64,000 nt of DNA from contig JAGOQQ010000006.1 of assembly GCA_017991395.1 (NCBI GenBank), positions 66 to 64,065 on the forward strand. The letters run 5' to 3'. This document shows positions 9,723-18,783 of this stretch, one piece after another (position 1 is the stretch's first letter; the number at the start of each line of letters is the position of its first letter). The notes under the pieces were generated by a model. It saw only the letters and a program-made list of their open reading frames with translations, made no database searches and was not told where the DNA came from. Made by a program: the position numbers and the translations under genes. The stretch comes from Minisyncoccota bacterium. GTDB lineage: Bacteria > Patescibacteriota > Minisyncoccia > Phycocordibacterales > UBA9973.

Positions 9723-9916
9723 TAATTATCGCCCTTTAAACAATTTTGATAAAAATCATTTCGAGCTTGTTCGCTTTCAAATCGCATGAGTGCGAGTTTT
9801 TCGTTGCACGAAAATTGTACGTCGGGATCCACGACATCACTTTTTGCAGATTGTATAAAATAATACAATCCGATGACAATACCTATTACCAACAATGTGA
9901 CTAAAAAATTTTTCAT
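9722..9916 (-). CDS. Small membrane protein (64 aa) between the two transketolase subunit genes
   Basis: Single N-terminal TM helix (LVTLLVIGIVIGLYYFI) and two Cys; no homology recognised. Confidence 0.4.
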   Translation of the reverse strand: MKNFLVTLLVIGIVIGLYYFIQSAKSDVVDPDVQFSCNEKLALMRFESEQARNDFYQNCLKGDN

Positions 9917-9919
9917 TCG

Positions 9920-10813
9920 TTATTGATGTTCGCTTGTAATTTGCCCACCGAGTGTTCGAAGTTCTTTGAGTGCCATATCAGCTTCTTCTTTGTTTGGTGG
10001 CTTTCCGTGCCATGTATAATCCCTTTCAAATTCTCTTACACCTTTTCCTGGAATTGTGCGGGCAATAATGACTGAAGGTTTTTCAAAAATTGCTTTTGCT
10101 TGCATGATTGCAGTGTTTACCGCTTCAAAATTGTGTCCATCTACTTCTTGTACATGCCAGTTAAACGCTTCCCATTTTTCTTTGAGTGATTCAAGAGGCA
10201 TTATGTTTTCGGTGTATCCATCGATTTGAATATTGTTTCGGTCGACAATCGCGATGACATTTCTGAGTTTTTCTTTTGATGCAAGCATTATGGCTTCCCA
10301 ATTGTTTCCTTCATCAAGTTCTCCATCTCCGAGCATGCAATACACATATTTGTCAGACTGTAGTCCTTCGTCCATACGTAGGGCAAGCGCCATTCCTACC
10401 GCCTGTGAAAGTCCTGACCCCAGTGGTCCGGAACTTGTCTCAAGCCACGGCATAAATTCGCGGTGTGGATGACCCTGGAGTCGTGATCCAAATTTTCTTA
10501 GAGTCTTCAATTCTTCTATTGGCATATACCCAGCGTGTGCCATTGTCGCGTACATCACAGGGCAAATATGTCCATTCGATAGCACAAGTCTGTCGCGTTC
10601 TGCCCAAGAAGGATTTTTTGGATCATGTCGAAGAATATGAAAATAGAGGAGCGCAAAAATATCTGCCATTCCCAAAGGTCCTGCGGTGTGTCCACTCCCT
10701 GCTTCCACAAGCATAGAAATAATAGACTCACGAATATCGTTTGCCTTCTTTCGAAGTTCAATAATTTTTGAATCAGTAAGTGTCGACATATCTATACATC
10801 TATTATCGCACAC
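9920..10813 (-). CDS. tkt: Transketolase, N-terminal (thiamine-diphosphate-binding) subunit
   Basis: GSGHTAGPLGMADI..., GDGELDEGNNWEA TPP-binding motifs. The likely start is the internal Met (MSTLTDSK). Confidence 0.9.
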   Translation of the reverse strand: MCDNRCIDMSTLTDSKIIELRKKANDIRESIISMLVEAGSGHTAGPLGMADIFALLYFHILRHDPKNPSWAERDRLVLSNGHICPVMYATMAHAGYMPIEELKTLRKFGSRLQGHPHREFMPWLETSSGPLGSGLSQAVGMALALRMDEGLQSDKYVYCMLGDGELDEGNNWEAIMLASKEKLRNVIAIVDRNNIQIDGYTENIMPLESLKEKWEAFNWHVQEVDGHNFEAVNTAIMQAKAIFEKPSVIIARTIPGKGVREFERDYTWHGKPPNKEEADMALKELRTLGGQITSEHQ

Positions 10814-10824
10814 TTTAAAAATAT

Positions 10825-11505
10825 CTAAAGTGATTTAAAGAAATCGAGTTCACCAATTGGATTATCAGAATTGTATATCGCTGATCCAATAACGAGTCTA
10901 TCTGCACCTGCATCAAGAAGTCTTCCTGCTGTTTCTTGATTTACAGAACCATCTACAGAAATCATGAGTTCAGGATATTTTTCTCGAAGTACCGAAATGT
11001 GGTCAAACACACGCTCGTCAAATGGATTTCCTTGATATCCTATTTTTTCGATTCCCATACATTGTACAAACTTCACATGTCCTACATCTACGAGTGGAAA
11101 TACTGAACTAATGTCTGTCGTAGTATTGAGCGCGATTCCAAATTCGATTGTGTCTTTGTAATACTGATCAAGTGATTCAAAAAAAGATACTGGGTTTGCA
11201 AGTGATTCAATATGAAAAATAATTCTTGCGGGACCAATTTGAACAAGTCTCTTAAACTTTTCTTCAGGATCAGAAATCATAAGATCAAGCTCATAGTCCA
11301 CTTTGTCCCAAAATGGCATTCCTTCTTCTTCGTTTTCAATTGCATCAAAAGATACATCTTCGGCAATATATGGCCATGTTGTGCGTTTGGTAAAGACACC
11401 ATCCATAATATCTAGCTGGATAGTATCAACACGCCCCACCATAGGTGTGACTTTTTGTTCTATTTCGTATATTGATTGTGGCATTATTGCGGGAATTATT
11501 TCCAT
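10825..11505 (-). CDS. rpe: Ribulose-phosphate 3-epimerase-like TIM-barrel protein (divergent, with insertions)
   Basis: LDIMDGVF... and ...DGSVNQETAGRLLDAGADRLVIGSAI resemble the Rpe N- and C-terminal motifs. It sits in an operon with the tkt subunits and rpiB. Confidence 0.6.
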   Translation of the reverse strand: MEIIPAIMPQSIYEIEQKVTPMVGRVDTIQLDIMDGVFTKRTTWPYIAEDVSFDAIENEEEGMPFWDKVDYELDLMISDPEEKFKRLVQIGPARIIFHIESLANPVSFFESLDQYYKDTIEFGIALNTTTDISSVFPLVDVGHVKFVQCMGIEKIGYQGNPFDERVFDHISVLREKYPELMISVDGSVNQETAGRLLDAGADRLVIGSAIYNSDNPIGELDFFKSL

Positions 11506-11548
11506 TGGGGTAGTGAGTAGTAAGTAGGTAGTAATAAGTAGGGATTTT

Positions 11549-12214
11549 TTAAGCAAATACGTTGAAATGCTTTAGAGATTCAGATACGGTTAAAACCTTT
11601 ACATTCTTCTGGTGAATATACTCGCAGATTTTCTCAAACATTTCTGGAGTACACCCCCACTTTTGAGGATTGTTTTCAACTTGATGAAATGACAAAATTG
11701 TCCACGTATCATCTTTTTCACAAGTATCAACCCAATCTCTAATTTCTTCAATACTTGTGTCATTATACACATTTTTTGTACTTAATGCGTATGTAAAAAT
11801 ATTCGGCGAAGTAAATTTGCCATCATACACTCTTGCGCTTTTATATCCAGCTTTTCTTAAAAACAAATTTGTAAGAATACTTATGCCTTTCCGCCCGTAT
11901 GGATATGCAAATGTTTCCACTTTTATACCCAATTTTTCTAAATCTTTTTTTGATTCTACAATCTCTTTTTTAACCCTAAGTGGAAATGTCGAATTGAAAT
12001 TTGGATGCGTTTGTGAATGTGAACCGATTTCATGACCTTGGTTATACAAATTCACCCAGTCTTCTTTTGACATTCTTCCCTCTCCTTCTTCGAGCATAAA
12101 CTTTGGCATTTGGGTTATCACATAAAAAGTTGCCTTGAAATTGTACTTATCAAGTGTGGGAAGTGCACGTGTGTATTGATTTTTCCATCCATCATCAAAT
12201 GCAAATGAAATCAT
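11549..12214 (-). CDS. Polysaccharide deacetylase (NodB homology / CE4 family)
   Basis: FAFDDGW... N-terminal motif and His-containing motifs typical of the NodB domain. Confidence 0.7.
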   Translation of the reverse strand: MISFAFDDGWKNQYTRALPTLDKYNFKATFYVITQMPKFMLEEGEGRMSKEDWVNLYNQGHEIGSHSQTHPNFNSTFPLRVKKEIVESKKDLEKLGIKVETFAYPYGRKGISILTNLFLRKAGYKSARVYDGKFTSPNIFTYALSTKNVYNDTSIEEIRDWVDTCEKDDTWTILSFHQVENNPQKWGCTPEMFEKICEYIHQKNVKVLTVSESLKHFNVFA

Positions 12215-12231
12215 AGTTTAAATAAGGAAAA

Positions 12232-12672
12232 TTACAAATCGATCTTGCCAAGTCTACGGACATGTCGTTCCTCTTCAGAAAAAGGTGTCTCAAGCCACAT
12301 TTTGATCGCATACAATGCTTCATCTTCGGGCATCATTCGTGCACCGAGAGAGAGGATGTTTGCGTCGTTGTGTTCACGCGAAAGACGAATGATGTCGATA
12401 TTTCCACCGTAGTAGACTACAGCGCGCGCTTTGGGAGTTCTATTTGCAACAATTGCTTCGCCTTGCCCACTCGCCCCAAAAATAATTCCTTTTGATTCAA
12501 AATCACCTGCCACAGCCTCCGCAACCGGTCTGATAAAATCCGGATAGTCATCATCCATATCAAGTGTAGTCGCCCCAAGATCAACAACTTCATACCCATC
12601 AAGAATGAGTTGGTCTTTTACTTTCTCTTTGAGGTCAAAACCTGCATGATCTGTGCCTAAATATATTTTCAT
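12232..12672 (-). CDS. rpiB: Ribose-5-phosphate isomerase B
   Basis: MKIYLGTDHAGFDLK... RpiB/LacAB family N-terminus; 146 aa. Confidence 0.85.
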   Translation of the reverse strand: MKIYLGTDHAGFDLKEKVKDQLILDGYEVVDLGATTLDMDDDYPDFIRPVAEAVAGDFESKGIIFGASGQGEAIVANRTPKARAVVYYGGNIDIIRLSREHNDANILSLGARMMPEDEALYAIKMWLETPFSEEERHVRRLGKIDL

Positions 12673-12692
12673 AAAATATGTATAAAAAACTT

Positions 12693-12953
12693 TTAACTAG
12701 AGTGTTTAATGTCTTCGTAGCTTAGTGTCGCATTGACTCCATAAGAAAATGTACCGTTGTCTGCTTCTTCTTTTAACACCTTGATGTCATTTATCGAATT
12801 AATCTCCACAATTTTCCCTATGAATACTTTCCCATCCTGCACAAATTCAACAGTGTTTCCAACTTGAAGTTTTTCAAAATCTTGAATTTCAAAATCAGTA
12901 AATGGGTACCCATTTTTCTTTTCCAATACATCTATTTCAGGCATTTTTTCCAT
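12693..12953 (-). CDS. Hypothetical small protein (86 aa)
   Basis: ORF with plausible spacing; no recognisable domain. Confidence 0.4.
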   Translation of the reverse strand: MEKMPEIDVLEKKNGYPFTDFEIQDFEKLQVGNTVEFVQDGKVFIGKIVEINSINDIKVLKEEADNGTFSYGVNATLSYEDIKHSS

Positions 12954-12974
12954 GTCTATATTTTACCTCAAAAC

Positions 12975-13000
12975 AAAAAATACCCGAAATCGGGTATTTT
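12975..13000 (-). terminator. Rho-independent terminator downstream of gap
   Basis: atacccgaaatcgggtat hairpin with flanking A/T runs, just 3' of the minus-strand gap gene. Confidence 0.6.
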
Positions 13001-13004
13001 AATT

Positions 13005-14063
13005 CTAAATTGTCTTCCCTGTCTTAATCACATGATCCACGAGTGTATACGTATATCCCATTTCATTATCATACCAACCCATTACTTTGACCAAGTTACC
13101 ATCTACTACACGAGTCATTTCGAGATCTGCGATTGATGCATGAGATTCACCGAGAATATCAGATGACACGAGAGGTTCTTCGGTGATTGCAAATATCTTT
13201 GACCACTTCGGATCTTGCGCTGCTTTTTTGAGAATTGCATTCACCTCTTGTGCAGTTGTATTTTTCTTTGAAATAAATGTGATGTCCACAATTGATCCCG
13301 CAGGTACAGGCACGCGAATAGAAATACCATCAAATTTGTCTGTGAGTTCTGGAAATGCTTTGGTCACGGCAATCGCTGCACCTGTAGATGAAGGAACAAT
13401 GTTTTGTGCTGCTGCACGTCCTTCACGTAAATCTTTTTTACTTGGACCATCAACAAGAGCTTGCGATGCCGTATATCCGTGGACAGTGTTTAGAATTGCT
13501 TTTTCGATACCGAGAGCTTCGTGGAGAATTGCAATCAAAGGTGACGCCGCGTTTGTAGTACACGATGCGTTTGAAGTGATATCACAAGTACCAAATTTGT
13601 CTTCATTTACACCAAGTAAAATTGTCTCACCTTGGACACTTCCGTCACTACCCTTTGCAGGCGCAGAAATAACAACTTTCTTCGCACCTTGATCGAGATG
13701 GAATTTTGCTTTATCAAATGCAGTGAAAAGTCCTGTTGACTCCACCACTACATCCACACCAAGCTCTTTCCATGGAAGTTTTGTAGAATCTTTTTCAGAT
13801 ACGAAGCGTACTTTTTTGCCATCGATTACGAGATAGTGTTCTGCACTGTCGGGATTGCTCGGATCTGTCGATGTACCGTGGACTTCAACTTTGCGGTGCC
13901 AGTTTCGGTAGACAGTGTCATGACGCAAAAGATACGCCAGGCTTTCGATTGAACCAAGATCATTGATTGCGACAATTTCAATTTCAGGTCGCTCCCATGC
14001 GATCTTAAGAAACGCGCGCCCTATTCGACCAAAACCGTTGATTGCTACTTTGATTGTGTTCAT
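13005..14063 (-). CDS. gap: Glyceraldehyde-3-phosphate dehydrogenase, type I
   Basis: INGFGRIGR Rossmann motif and the SNASCTTN catalytic Cys motif. Start set at MNTIKVAINGFG. Confidence 0.9.
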   Translation of the reverse strand: MNTIKVAINGFGRIGRAFLKIAWERPEIEIVAINDLGSIESLAYLLRHDTVYRNWHRKVEVHGTSTDPSNPDSAEHYLVIDGKKVRFVSEKDSTKLPWKELGVDVVVESTGLFTAFDKAKFHLDQGAKKVVISAPAKGSDGSVQGETILLGVNEDKFGTCDITSNASCTTNAASPLIAILHEALGIEKAILNTVHGYTASQALVDGPSKKDLREGRAAAQNIVPSSTGAAIAVTKAFPELTDKFDGISIRVPVPAGSIVDITFISKKNTTAQEVNAILKKAAQDPKWSKIFAITEEPLVSSDILGESHASIADLEMTRVVDGNLVKVMGWYDNEMGYTYTLVDHVIKTGKTI

Positions 14064-14120
14064 ATTGATATATTGTAGCAAAAAAAATTCCACGCACTAA
14101 ATTTCCGTATAGAATGAATC

Positions 14121-14575
14121 TTTCCCCGCCTGCCAAGGAGGGGCGACGCAAGGCGACGGGGGTGGTTTATTGCCTTTCTTCAAGTACCCTTCTAATATTC
14201 TCCAAAACCGACTCAAGGTTTGTATTTATTTCAGCATTTGTAAAACGAACCACAGAGATACCTTGCGATTGAAAAAATTCACTTCTTACCCTGTCATGCT
14301 CCATTGCTTCTTTGTCAAAATGTTGGACGCCATCAATCTCAACGACTACTCTTTTTTCTGAACAATAAAAATCAGCAATATATCTTCCAATACTGTGCTG
14401 TCTTCTAAGCTTGTAGCCAATTTTTGAATTTTTAATTCTACTCCACATTATCAATTCTTGTGGAGTCATACTATTTCTGAGATTCTTTCTTTGTTCTTTT
14501 AATTTTGTAAGATTATTTATTCTCATACACCACCCCGTCACTTCGTGACACCCCTCCTTGGCAGGTGGGGAAAAA
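14121..14575. mobile_element. DUF559 nuclease gene bracketed by ~46-nt imperfect terminal inverted repeats (candidate miniature selfish element)
   Basis: The upstream arm 14121-14166 and the reverse complement of the downstream arm 14527-14575 are ~85% identical (TTTCCCCnCCTGCCAAGGAGGGG...GACGGGGTGGT). The arms share tcacttcgtg + CCTCC hairpin motifs with other repeats in the window. Confidence 0.35.
14167..14526 (-). CDS. DUF559 domain protein (Vsr/restriction-endonuclease-like fold)
   Basis: LRRQ..IGRYIADF...VVVEIDG.QH......D..R...L...G..V.RF.N.E pattern of DUF559. Start set at the internal Met so the gene does not overlap the inverted repeat. Confidence 0.7.
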   Translation of the reverse strand: MRINNLTKLKEQRKNLRNSMTPQELIMWSRIKNSKIGYKLRRQHSIGRYIADFYCSEKRVVVEIDGVQHFDKEAMEHDRVRSEFFQSQGISVVRFTNAEINTNLESVLENIRRVLEERQ

Positions 14576-14584
14576 ATCAAAAAC

Positions 14585-16072
14585 CTACCCTATCAATTCT
14601 TTCAAAATTTTCTGAGCCAGCTGAGGATTTGCACTTCCCTTTGTCTCTTTCATCACTTGTCCCACAAGCGACATCAGTGCATTTTCTTTTCCGCTCTTGT
14701 ACGTAGCCACAACTGCAGGATTCGCATCAATAATTCTCTGTGCGATTTCTTTGAGGGCGCCTTCGTCGTTTTTCTGAATAAGATCATTCTTTTTTGCATA
14801 CTCAAGTGGATCAACATCATCAGAATAACAACCATTTATAATCTCCTTCATTTGAGGGGCAGAACATTGTCCATCTTTTTTCAAGTTTTGAATGATTTGC
14901 AACTTTGATGGACTTAAAAATCCATACCAATAATTCTGATCTATACTATTATTCTTTTGCTCTGAGATTGGGATTAACACATTTACAACCATGTTTATTG
15001 CAGAAATTAAATCCTCATTAACATTTGAAATTCCATATAGTTCAATTAACTCATCAAGGTACTTACTTTTTTTAATATCAAATACAAAAATATCAATTAT
15101 TTTTTCGATTTCTGCTTTGTCCCATCCAGCTTCATCTTTGTTGTCAAAATAATGACTCCAAATTTTCTGATATCTTGTTCTTATTTGTGATGGCAATTCT
15201 GGCAAGCTTGCTTTAAGTGCATCCATATCAAACACTTCTTTCAAAACAAGCTTTGGCAAATCTGGATCTGGGAAATACCGATAGTCGTGACTATCTTCTT
15301 TTTTTCGCTGAGAAAATGTAGTTTGTTTTGATTCGTCCCATCCGCGAGTTTCCTGAACAATTTCACTTTGTCGTCCCGCCTCATACAAATCTTGCATTCG
15401 AGCAAGTTCGTATTTTATTGCGCGTTCTACGCTTCGAAATGAATTGAGGTTTTTTACTTCTACTTTTGTGCCAAATTTGTCAGGATTGTCAGACAAAGAA
15501 ATATTTGCCTCCACGCGCATTTCACCTTTTTCCATATTTGCTTCTGACACACCGAGATACTGAAGAAGAAGCTGAAGTTCTCGTCCAAAGTTTGCCGCCT
15601 GCTCTGCACTGTGAATCACAGGCTCAGTCACAAGCTCCATGAGTGGCACGCCTGCGCGATTGTAGTCTACAAGTGAATAGTCACCTCTATCGTGTTTTGA
15701 ATTTCCAGTATCTTCTTCGAGGTGTACACGTGTAATTTGCACGCCAGCAAGCTCACCACCACTTACGATGGGAAATTTGTACTGCGAAATCTGATACCCT
15801 TTTGGAATATCTGGGTAGAAATAATTTTTTCGATCAAATTCTGTAAAATCTGTGGCAATAGTTGCATTGACTGCAAGACCTACCTTGATTACATTTTCTA
15901 CCGCTTGTTTGTTGATCACAGGCAGAGTCCCTGGATGCGCCATACATACCGGACAAATATTCACGTTTGGTCGCTCTTCGTTGGGATCATTTTTGCATCC
16001 ACAAAACATCTTTGAGCGAGTACTCATCTCTGCGTGGATTTCAAGACCAATTGTTGGATAGTAGTTTTTCAT
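14585..16072 (-). CDS. gatB: Asp-tRNA(Asn)/Glu-tRNA(Gln) amidotransferase subunit B
   Basis: IGLEIHAEM..SKMFCGC... N-terminus and a YqeY-like C-terminal domain. At 495 aa it is somewhat longer than typical because of an internal insertion. Confidence 0.9.
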   Translation of the reverse strand: MKNYYPTIGLEIHAEMSTRSKMFCGCKNDPNEERPNVNICPVCMAHPGTLPVINKQAVENVIKVGLAVNATIATDFTEFDRKNYFYPDIPKGYQISQYKFPIVSGGELAGVQITRVHLEEDTGNSKHDRGDYSLVDYNRAGVPLMELVTEPVIHSAEQAANFGRELQLLLQYLGVSEANMEKGEMRVEANISLSDNPDKFGTKVEVKNLNSFRSVERAIKYELARMQDLYEAGRQSEIVQETRGWDESKQTTFSQRKKEDSHDYRYFPDPDLPKLVLKEVFDMDALKASLPELPSQIRTRYQKIWSHYFDNKDEAGWDKAEIEKIIDIFVFDIKKSKYLDELIELYGISNVNEDLISAINMVVNVLIPISEQKNNSIDQNYWYGFLSPSKLQIIQNLKKDGQCSAPQMKEIINGCYSDDVDPLEYAKKNDLIQKNDEGALKEIAQRIIDANPAVVATYKSGKENALMSLVGQVMKETKGSANPQLAQKILKELIG

Positions 16073-16122
16073 AATTAAAATTTTGTGTCTTTTGAATATA
16101 TTTCAATCTCTCTCGGTGTGTC

Positions 16123-16182
16123 GTGCTGAATTTATTTCAGCACCTCACAAATCAAGATCCTGAAACAAGTTCAGGATGACAC
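16123..16182 (+). repeat. Hairpin repeat pair: GTGCTGAATTTATTTCAGCAC + GATCCTGAAACAAGTTCAGGATGACAC (family D copy)
   Basis: The same GATCCTGAAAC..AGGATGACAC module occurs at 40766-40790 (and inverted at 40623-40647) and at 55609-55658. Confidence 0.65.
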
Positions 16183-16280
16183 AAAATACGAATATCAGTA
16201 TATCAAAAATAAGGCTTTTTTCTATACTTGACAATAAATTAATAATAGTATTTAATTCATTCAAATATAAAAAACAAAAA

Positions 16281-16580
16281 ATGATAGAAAATGAAATTAT
16301 TGCTTATGTTTGGGTAGGAACGACTTCTGCGAGTCCTACGACTCAATTCTATTTTGAATGCTCTGGTGCAGGAGGGATAATCTCTCCTGGTAAATTTTCA
16401 TTATCAGCAATTGCCACGATAGTCAACCAGATTAAAGAGAATCAGCCAGAAACTATTATTCGAATTAAAACTGTTCCGCAAGAAAGTATTATGTGGATTC
16501 CCTATGAAAAGCAAATTATTGCGTGCAGTGAATTAAGTGCTGACAAAGTTCAAGAATTACTTAAATTACTCAATAGGTAA
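16281..16580 (+). CDS. Hypothetical protein (100 aa)
   Basis: The ORF-track start at 16176 lies inside the AGGATGACAC repeat; ATG 16281 (MIENEII...) is more plausible. No homology recognised. Confidence 0.35.
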   Translation: MIENEIIAYVWVGTTSASPTTQFYFECSGAGGIISPGKFSLSAIATIVNQIKENQPETIIRIKTVPQESIMWIPYEKQIIACSELSADKVQELLKLLNR

Positions 16581-16606
16581 TTTTTGCAAGTTACCGCATT
16601 TTATTA

Positions 16607-16645
16607 AAAACCACCGAAGCTGTTTACTCAGCTTCGGTGTTTTCT
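16607..16645. terminator. Bidirectional terminator between convergent genes (hairpin caccgaagctg/cagcttcggtg)
   Basis: 11-bp stem, 6-nt loop, T-run on the plus strand; overlaps the obg stop. Confidence 0.65.
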
Positions 16646-17709
16646 TTTTCTTCATTTTCAATTTTTTCTGCTTTCTCTTTCTCTTCTTTTTCTCTCAAAA
16701 TTTTTATGAGTTCATCTTGCAATCCTTTGACAGATTCGTCATCAAAAAGAGAGACGCTGAATACTTGTTTGCCGAGTTTTTTAAATTCTTTTGTAGCAGA
16801 GTCTATTTTTGATTTGTCCGTAACATCAGTCTTTGTCAGTACAATCACTTCATCTTTTTCATCCAAGCCATTTCCATAATTTTCAAGTTCTTTGCGAATT
16901 TGCTCATATGTCTTCATCATCCCATTGCAAATTGCAGGATTCTTTGAATCCTGATTTTCAACGGGACTGGTTTCTTCACAGTTTTCAAAAGATATCAGGT
17001 GCGCGAGCATTTTTGTGCGTTTGATGTGTCGGAGAAATTTTGTACCAAGGCCCTTTCCTTCTGATGCGCCTTCGATGATTCCGGGTATGTCGGCAATCAC
17101 ATATCCATAAAACGCTCCAAGGTTTGGATCAAGTGTTGTAAAGGCATAGTCGCCCACTTTTGCTTTTGCGTTTGTAAGAGAATTCAGTAGTGATGATTTC
17201 CCTGCATTTGGTAGTCCTACAAGTCCGACATCCGCAAATAGTTCGAGCTCCACTCTAAATTCGCCTTTGTCGCCTTCACGTCCATCTTTTTGTTCTTGAG
17301 GTGAGACATTGATTGAAGATTTAAAATGTTCATTTCCGTATCCACCAGAACCTCCACGAAGGATTTGAATTTTTTCACCCTCACTATCTAGTCGTACCAC
17401 ATGACCTGTTTCTTTGTTTGTAATCACAGAACCGATTGGCAACTGAATCACCACATCTTCTCCATTTGCTCCATGCTCACTTGAACCACGTCCATCCTCA
17501 CCACGTTCTGCATGAAATTTGTTGTTTCCTTTGTATTTCGCAAGTATATAAATATCGCGGACTGCCTCCACAAACACATCTCCGCCACGACCGCCGTTTC
17601 CACCAGCTGGTCCACCTTTTGGGACAAATTTTTCCTGACGCCAACGAACAACGCCGTTTCCACCAGCGCCTGCTTCTGCATATATAGTTAGTTCGTCTAC
17701 GAAAGCCAT
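16624..17709 (-). CDS. obg: GTPase Obg/CgtA
   Basis: Obg-fold glycine-rich N-terminal domain (AGAGGNGVVRWRQEKF...GGNGGRGGDV), G1-G4 GTPase motifs and an E/K-rich C-terminal tail. Confidence 0.9.
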   Translation of the reverse strand: MAFVDELTIYAEAGAGGNGVVRWRQEKFVPKGGPAGGNGGRGGDVFVEAVRDIYILAKYKGNNKFHAERGEDGRGSSEHGANGEDVVIQLPIGSVITNKETGHVVRLDSEGEKIQILRGGSGGYGNEHFKSSINVSPQEQKDGREGDKGEFRVELELFADVGLVGLPNAGKSSLLNSLTNAKAKVGDYAFTTLDPNLGAFYGYVIADIPGIIEGASEGKGLGTKFLRHIKRTKMLAHLISFENCEETSPVENQDSKNPAICNGMMKTYEQIRKELENYGNGLDEKDEVIVLTKTDVTDKSKIDSATKEFKKLGKQVFSVSLFDDESVKGLQDELIKILREKEEKEKAEKIENEEKENTEAE

Positions 17710-17877
17710 ATAAAAAGTATAAGTATTAAGTATAAGTAGTAAGGTAAATCACGAAATCAAGGGCTTGTTGTTTCTCATGAATTCCTTTATCGCATCTACA
17801 CAGGCACTAACACTACCATATCCGTCGGTTTTTTAAAAATGCTTGACCATAATTTCGCACTGGCTAGCTGCTAGTCG

Positions 17878-18783
17878 CTAGTCGCGAGCAGCCAGCCTCG
17901 CCATCTCTATCGCCCCCTCCTTTGTTTTCGCAACACACAAGAAGCACGCTCTATGACAAAAAACGGCATCATGCACTCCAGAAACTTTTGCGAGTTCTTC
18001 ATCGCGAAGCCCAGACCATTCTTTTGGTAAGTTCTTTCGTATTTCAAATCCTACTTTATTTTTTAGAACGCCTTTAACATTCCAACTTCCATCACTTCGT
18101 GGATACACAACAAAAAGCGGCTCACTGTGAGATTGCATTACCTCTTGCCATGCATAACTTTCTGGTAAGACGATAATTTGTTTGTCTGTCGATTCTTGAT
18201 ATATCTTTTCAACTTTTGAAAGACTATCGACAAACTCTGTAGTCCGCTTAATTTCACGTGCGATAATTTTCTTTGCAAAAGAAACCATTTCCAAAAAGTT
18301 TACATCGTTGACTTCTTCGGATTCTGAAAAGCTCGACGTGAATACTCCTGTCATATCAGAGATCAAATATGGTCGCACACCAAATGAAGTAAGTTCAAAT
18401 GTTGAGACACCATTATCGCCTGCATCGATAGGTTGGACAAGTCTTTCGTCGATACGTTTCCAGACTTCAGCATTCTCGCCAATTAGTTTTTTTCCATATT
18501 CCATCCAGACGAGTCCAAATGATGCGTACGGTATTTTGTTTTCGCGAGTTCCTGCACCTTCTATCTGGTGATGATCAAATCGTCCTTTGCCAGAATCGTA
18601 CATGCCACCAACATCAATTACTATGTCAGATTTACTCAACAATTCTTCGTCACGAGTCCGAATAATTTTATAAGGAATTCCCTGAATATCAAAATATAGT
18701 GTGAGTGTCGCACATGCAAATACATCATCTGAGTGAAAATCACCATTGTGTACTGCTATGGTTTTCTTGTTGAATCCGAGCAT
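17878..18783 (-). CDS. UPF0160 / MYG1-family metal-dependent hydrolase
   Basis: IAVHNGDFHSDDVFACATL N-terminal motif characteristic of the MYG1 family. Confidence 0.65.
   Translation of the reverse strand: MLGFNKKTIAVHNGDFHSDDVFACATLTLYFDIQGIPYKIIRTRDEELLSKSDIVIDVGGMYDSGKGRFDHHQIEGAGTRENKIPYASFGLVWMEYGKKLIGENAEVWKRIDERLVQPIDAGDNGVSTFELTSFGVRPYLISDMTGVFTSSFSESEEVNDVNFLEMVSFAKKIIAREIKRTTEFVDSLSKVEKIYQESTDKQIIVLPESYAWQEVMQSHSEPLFVVYPRSDGSWNVKGVLKNKVGFEIRKNLPKEWSGLRDEELAKVSGVHDAVFCHRACFLCVAKTKEGAIEMARLAARD

Noticed and set aside
13183-13692. 169-aa plus-strand ORF inside gap, and similar antisense ORFs inside ftsI (26489-27231), the AI-2E gene (38809-39282), the NmrA/TspO genes (42860-43510), the AAA gene (46103-46528), the Hsp70 gene (50277-51689), dus (55921-56728) and topA (61285-62730)
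   Set aside because: All are embedded antisense in CDSs with clear homology. They are typical shadow ORFs of an AT-rich genome.
16176-16280. Upstream start (16176) of the 16176-16580 ORF
   Set aside because: The ATG sits inside the recurrent repeat AGGATGACAC, where an ATG occurs by construction. The downstream ATG 16281 is taken as the start instead.
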